NCBI GenBank assembly: GCA_002104905.1
Contig: MCFE01000045.1
Span: 1-64,000 of the forward strand
Length of the DNA: 64,000 nt
Direction: 5' to 3'
From: Basidiobolus meristosporus CBS 931.73
Lineage: Eukaryota; Fungi; Basidiobolomycota
Both the position numbers and the translations under genes were made by a program. The notes under the pieces are model-generated. The model saw nothing but the letters and a program-made list of their open reading frames with translations, was not told where the DNA came from and did no database searches. Positions 59,701 through 64,000 of the stretch are shown here, piece after piece; positions within the stretch are counted from its first letter, which is position 1; each line of letters starts with the position of its first letter.

Positions 59701-62700
59701 TGAGGATAATGGTCAGCTTGTGGCTCTGCAGAGGTCCTCAATTGCCTACTTGACTGAGAGCCTGAGGAGTCTGCATTATTACCTTCAATGGGCACACTGT
59801 CCACAGGGTCTTTGTTTGATGTAGCCCCACTTGTTGCACTGAATGTCAAAGCAAGCTGTTGTCCAACCAGTCATCTTTTGAGGTTGTGGTGGTGTATAAG
59901 TCCAAAGGGCAAAATGCAGCCAACACTTCTCAAGCATGTATGTGTGTGGGGTGTTCACTGGGTGTGATAACCTCTGGCAAAAGCTTGCTAGGAATACTGG
60001 GTCTTTTAACTAATCTAATGTGAAGGGGGATAAAGCCTCAAGCTTGTCAAGGGGAATCTATTGAGCTACAATCCCCAACTTAGTTGGCTTCTTAACAAAA
60101 GCTTATACTGGCTTCCATGTCCTTTGAGATGAGAGTGTACTAAAGCTTCCAAAGTCAAAACAACTGTAAACTCCACCAACAGGGACTTGATAAGAATGCA
60201 GCTTTGACCACTATTTACAAAGACTGAAGAGTATCTTTACCTGTACAAAAACAAACTTGGGAAAACAATCAAATATAATAAAATATACCTACTCTGAGTA
60301 TTCCTCACAAGTAGAGCCTCCAAGGTCAGTTGGCTTTCAGCGCAGTTTCCTGGGAGTATTGTCAGGTCTGTGTCAGAAAGTACTGGTAATAGGTAGCAGT
60401 GATCTCACTAATCATTTTTCCGCTTGTTTTGAGCTCTCAACCGTAGTTGTGATGAGCTCCTGTAAAAGCAGCTGGTTTTGTCACTGCCAGGCCCTTCACT
60501 GCTACTTTGACTGGGTGCTTCTTGAGTGGTACTATGCTTTTTCCTTGATAAATGTTGTGCTGGTGCATCCATATCTGCCTGCTTGTCCTTAATTGGCACT
60601 CTTCTAGCTGCCTGACATCTCATTGATACTTGTCTGGAGCTTTTGGCCCTGCTTGTAACAGGCTTTTGAGGAAGCTGCTGGTTTTTAGCCATGGTACCCT
60701 TGTTCTTCTGCCTTTGATAGTTTCTGCTATTCTTAAGATACTTTCTTGGCATACCAATGCGGGCCCAAAATCTGTTTGCCAGTTTGAATCCAGTTTAATG
60801 CTCATAGAACAAGTCAAGTGCATTCTGCTTGGCCTTGAGTTCCTGATGGTCCCATGGAATGCTGGCCTTAAGGTGATGGCATGCTAGACTTCTGACAGCC
60901 TCTTGTATATCAGCCCACTCTTCATTTTTGCACTCAATGGTGTAGTGGAGTGACAGTGACACCCACTGACAGATGTACTCATTCCCATATTTTCTACTTC
61001 CCTATATCTCTACTACACATATTTTAGTTTTATCCCATTGGTCTTACCTGATCAGTACTATCCCATAAGCTGGTTGACTATCACACCTGCTTACCTTATT
61101 CCATAAGTTACCCCTCACTTTATGTAAGATTACTAGCTATAAGTGCTTCTAAATTAGGCAAGTTCCTGCGCCAGTACCCAAAACACATGGTCAACCTGTT
61201 TCACCATCCCTACCATTTCTATACCATATATGGTATCCCTATGTTACACAGGTTTCAGAAAACTGATTCCTGATTGGTTGGATGTGCTGTGCCTCTTAGA
61301 ACCTTCTGGCACCTACTTAGAGCATTATTAGGTCATTCTGATGTCATTAAGACTTCTGTTGATATCTGCAACCTTCTGGAACACCATGATTAGTAATCAC
61401 TTAGCCAGTAAGAAAAGTATATAAGGGAGGCTATCCCTCAACAATAAATCATCATCCATTTTATCAATATATTGACTTGTTGATTAGTGTGATCACTGCT
61501 ACCTGCTGCTACCTGAACTTCCAGCCCCAGACCACAGGACACTCCCAGGAAACCATGCTGACAGCCAACTGACCTTGGAGGCACTACTTGTGAGGAATAC
61601 TCAGAGTAGGTATCTTTTATTATATTTGATTCTTTCCCAAGTTTGTTCTTGTGCTGGCAAAGATACTTCTCTGTCTTTGTAACTATTGACCACAGCTGCA
61701 TTCTTATCAAGTCCCTGCTGGTGGAGTTTACAGTTGTTTTGACTTTGGAAGCTTTAGTACATTGTCATCTCAAAGGATGCTGATCCCAGCACATACTTTT
61801 GTTAAGACACCAACTAAGTTGGGGATTGTAGCTCAATAGTTTTCCCTTGATAAGCTTGTGGCTTTATTCCCCATCACATTAGATTAGAGACAAAACCCAA
61901 ATATTCCTAGCAAGCTTTTGCCAGAAATTATTGCACCCAGTAGACACCCCACACACAAATCACTTGAGAAGTGTTGGTTGTATCTCTCCCTAGGACCTAT
62001 ATGCTACCACAACAGCTTCACAGATCTTCAATGTCTTTTGATTTTTAGGCTTTGTTATAAACACCACCTTGTCTCCCTCCCACGCTGTGATCGGTTTTTC
62101 TGTGGGCTTTATATTTGGGCACTGTTGTTGTGCTTCAAAGACTGTACAGTGTTCCTCTGCTGTTACATTGGGAAATGGCCCAATTCTTGGCTGTAACATT
62201 GAGCTACTTGAGTTCCTTCTTTGCAGCAAAGATACTGCTTTCTCTAACTGGGATATTGATTGCTCTACACGTATTATCCGCTCATCCTGTTTCTGGACTA
62301 CTTCCACATTTCCCTGGGCTATTGCATCTATCCTATCAGCCACCTCTTGTAGTTGCTTCATTAATGCTTTGCTATGAGCTGACAACATACTTGCTAATAT
62401 GGGTGGTGGTGATGTTTTCATGGCCGCTTGCTGATCTTCAACTGAGGGTACTGCATTTGCTACATTCTCATCTACCTGAACATAACAGTCAGCTTGTGGC
62501 TCTGCAGAGGTCCTCAATTGCCTACTTGACTGAGAGCCTGAGGAGTCCACATTATTACCTTCAATGGGCACACTGTCCACAGGGCCTTTTTTGGATGTAG
62601 TCCCACTTGTTGCACTGAATGTCAAAGCAAGCTGTAGTCCAACTGTTCTTCTGTTGCTATCAGCAGTGGGGATTGGTTGAGAACCAGGCAACTTTGCTTT

Positions 62701-62715
62701 ATTTTTTGGCGGCAT
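56795..62715 (-). mobile_element. Nest of rearranged, decayed copies of a transposon-associated ORF (MPPKNKAK..., coiled coil, helical WADIQEAVRSLACHHL...MLREYLRNSRNY domain)
   Basis: Three overlapping partial copies (62715-62015, 60940-60415, 59880-58558), a tandem duplication of about 300 bp (57868-58174 / 58222-58528), a duplication at 56795/57210, many frameshifts, and CpG depletion. Family not identified. Confidence 0.7.
59920..61977. repeat. Inverted repeat, arms 59920-60414 and 61481-61977, spacer about 1.07 kb; partial third copy at about 57008-57190
   Basis: For example gagctacaatccccaacttagttgg versus ccaactaagttggggattgtagctc, and cctactctgagtattcctcacaagtag versus ctacttgtgaggaatactcagagtagg. 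Confidence 0.9.
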
Positions 62716-62845
62716 ATATATGGAAGTGAGTCAAACCAAAGGGGAAATAGTGTTACATATACTTGTGTATGTGGTGCCACAACTTTATTTATAATGCTTA
62801 CTATGGCAGGTCATCATTGAATCTTACATTCATGTAGGTACAATA

Positions 62846-63576
62846 GACTTGTTCTGTTGGATAGTGCCTCATTGAGCCATGAGTGCCAAATAGTGCATAG
62901 TGTGCCTGAGAGTCATAGCAGACCTAAACTTGGCCACAGAGTGTGGCATATAGTTCTTCATATTCATGCAAAGCAGCCCCTGTGTTTCACCTATGGTGCA
63001 GGAGAAAATCAATTTTTTAACCTTTTTTTTGGGATCAAAATTGTGTATGACATAAAAGAGCACAGACAGACTGAAGATATGCATCTGATACATAATACTC
63101 ATGGCACTCTAAATCTAGCCCCACAGGCTTGTAGCATGTCACAAAAATGCATGGCACTATCTTGGTCCACTGGTACTATCTGGCACTATACTTAAATATT
63201 AGCCCTAAAGTAGAACCTATACAAAGCACTTATAGTGCCAGATAGTACCAGTGGACCAAGATAGTGCCATGCATTTTTGTGACATGCTACAAGCCTGTGG
63301 GGCTAGATTTAGAGTGCCATGAGTATTATGTATCAGATGCATATCTTCAGTCTGTCTGTGCTCTTTTATGTCATACACAATTTTGATCCCAAAAAAAAGG
63401 TTAAAAAATTGATTTTTGCCCGCACAGTAGGTGAAACACAGGGGCTGCTTTTCATGAATATGCAGAACTATATGTCACACTCTGTGACCAAGTTTAGGTC
63501 TGCTATGACTCTCAGGCACACTATGGCACTATTTGGCACTCATGGCTCAATGTGGCACTATCCAACAGAACAAGTC
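62846..63576. mobile_element. Foldback/MITE-like palindromic element: arms of about 345 bp, 40-bp loop, TA on both sides
   Basis: 63005-63190 is the exact reverse complement of 63231-63416. The outer arms match with about 10 differences. TGGCACT motifs recur in both arms. Confidence 0.9.
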
Positions 63577-63696
63577 TAATGTCTCAAATACAAGACTGTC
63601 TTAAGTTCACATGAGTATTGACCCAAAAGTGATATAATAGCATTATGTTGTTGAGGGTCAAACTGTTAGCCCCATGGACAAGACTACTTTGACTCA

Positions 63697-63950
63697 ATGC
63701 TGTAAGAGAAGAGAAAAAGACCATGTGGCTATTGTGGCAAGCCTCTCAGCCATGAAGCATGCAGACAGCATAGGAAGTATTACAAGGATCATGGCCAGTG
63801 TTTTGCCACCCAAGTCCTATTTGACCATTCATTGGTCACCACTGTACTAACATTATCTTGCCAACCAGTTGATACTTTATATTGGCACCTGGCTGTCTTT
63901 GTCACCTTGCACAAACTGAGTCAGGTGAGTTTGTGACGCCTTTAGGCTCA
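63697..63950 (+). pseudogene. Decayed ORF start with CxxC...H...C motif, transposon-like
   Basis: ML*EKRKRPCGYCGKPLSHEACRQHRKYYKDHGQC, inside CpG-depleted DNA. Confidence 0.4.
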
Positions 63951-64000
63951 CCTCATCCTTCTGAATATGGCACGCAGAGTGATAGCTCTGACAAAGAAGG

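Overview
Eukaryotic DNA with short (about 55-75 nt) GT-AG introns. The gene content points to an early-diverging fungus; a Basidiobolus-like zoopagomycete is my inference, not something the sequence shows. The window has three zones. (1) 1-22 kb is accessory and largely decayed. It holds a tandem array of at least six copies of a 3-exon gene for a secreted, probably GPI-anchored, periplasmic-binding-protein-like protein (Fe-chelate/B12, CBA1-like). Most copies are broken; the only fully intact copy has lost its anchor tail. After it come two MDR alcohol dehydrogenases, a deleted Ty3/Gypsy element, two metallo-beta-lactamase-fold pseudogenes and a SAM methyltransferase. (2) 22.6-54.6 kb is gene-dense: a sororin-like gene visible only after splicing, a Git3/cAMP-receptor-like GPCR, a ZIP transporter, three related two-finger C2H2 factors, a large coiled-coil protein, an AIF/AMID-like oxidoreductase, a Jsn1/Puf2-like RRM-Pumilio protein, PRS1, and two acyl-CoA oxidases flanking a CorA/Alr1-type transporter. 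(3) 55.7-64 kb is a strongly CpG-depleted nest of transposon relics: a Copia 3' end with LTR, rearranged copies of an MPPK-starting ORF, about 495-bp inverted repeats, and a 731-bp foldback whose inner 186-bp arms are perfect. I saw no tRNA, rRNA or CRISPR array. All splice models and counts were made by eye.
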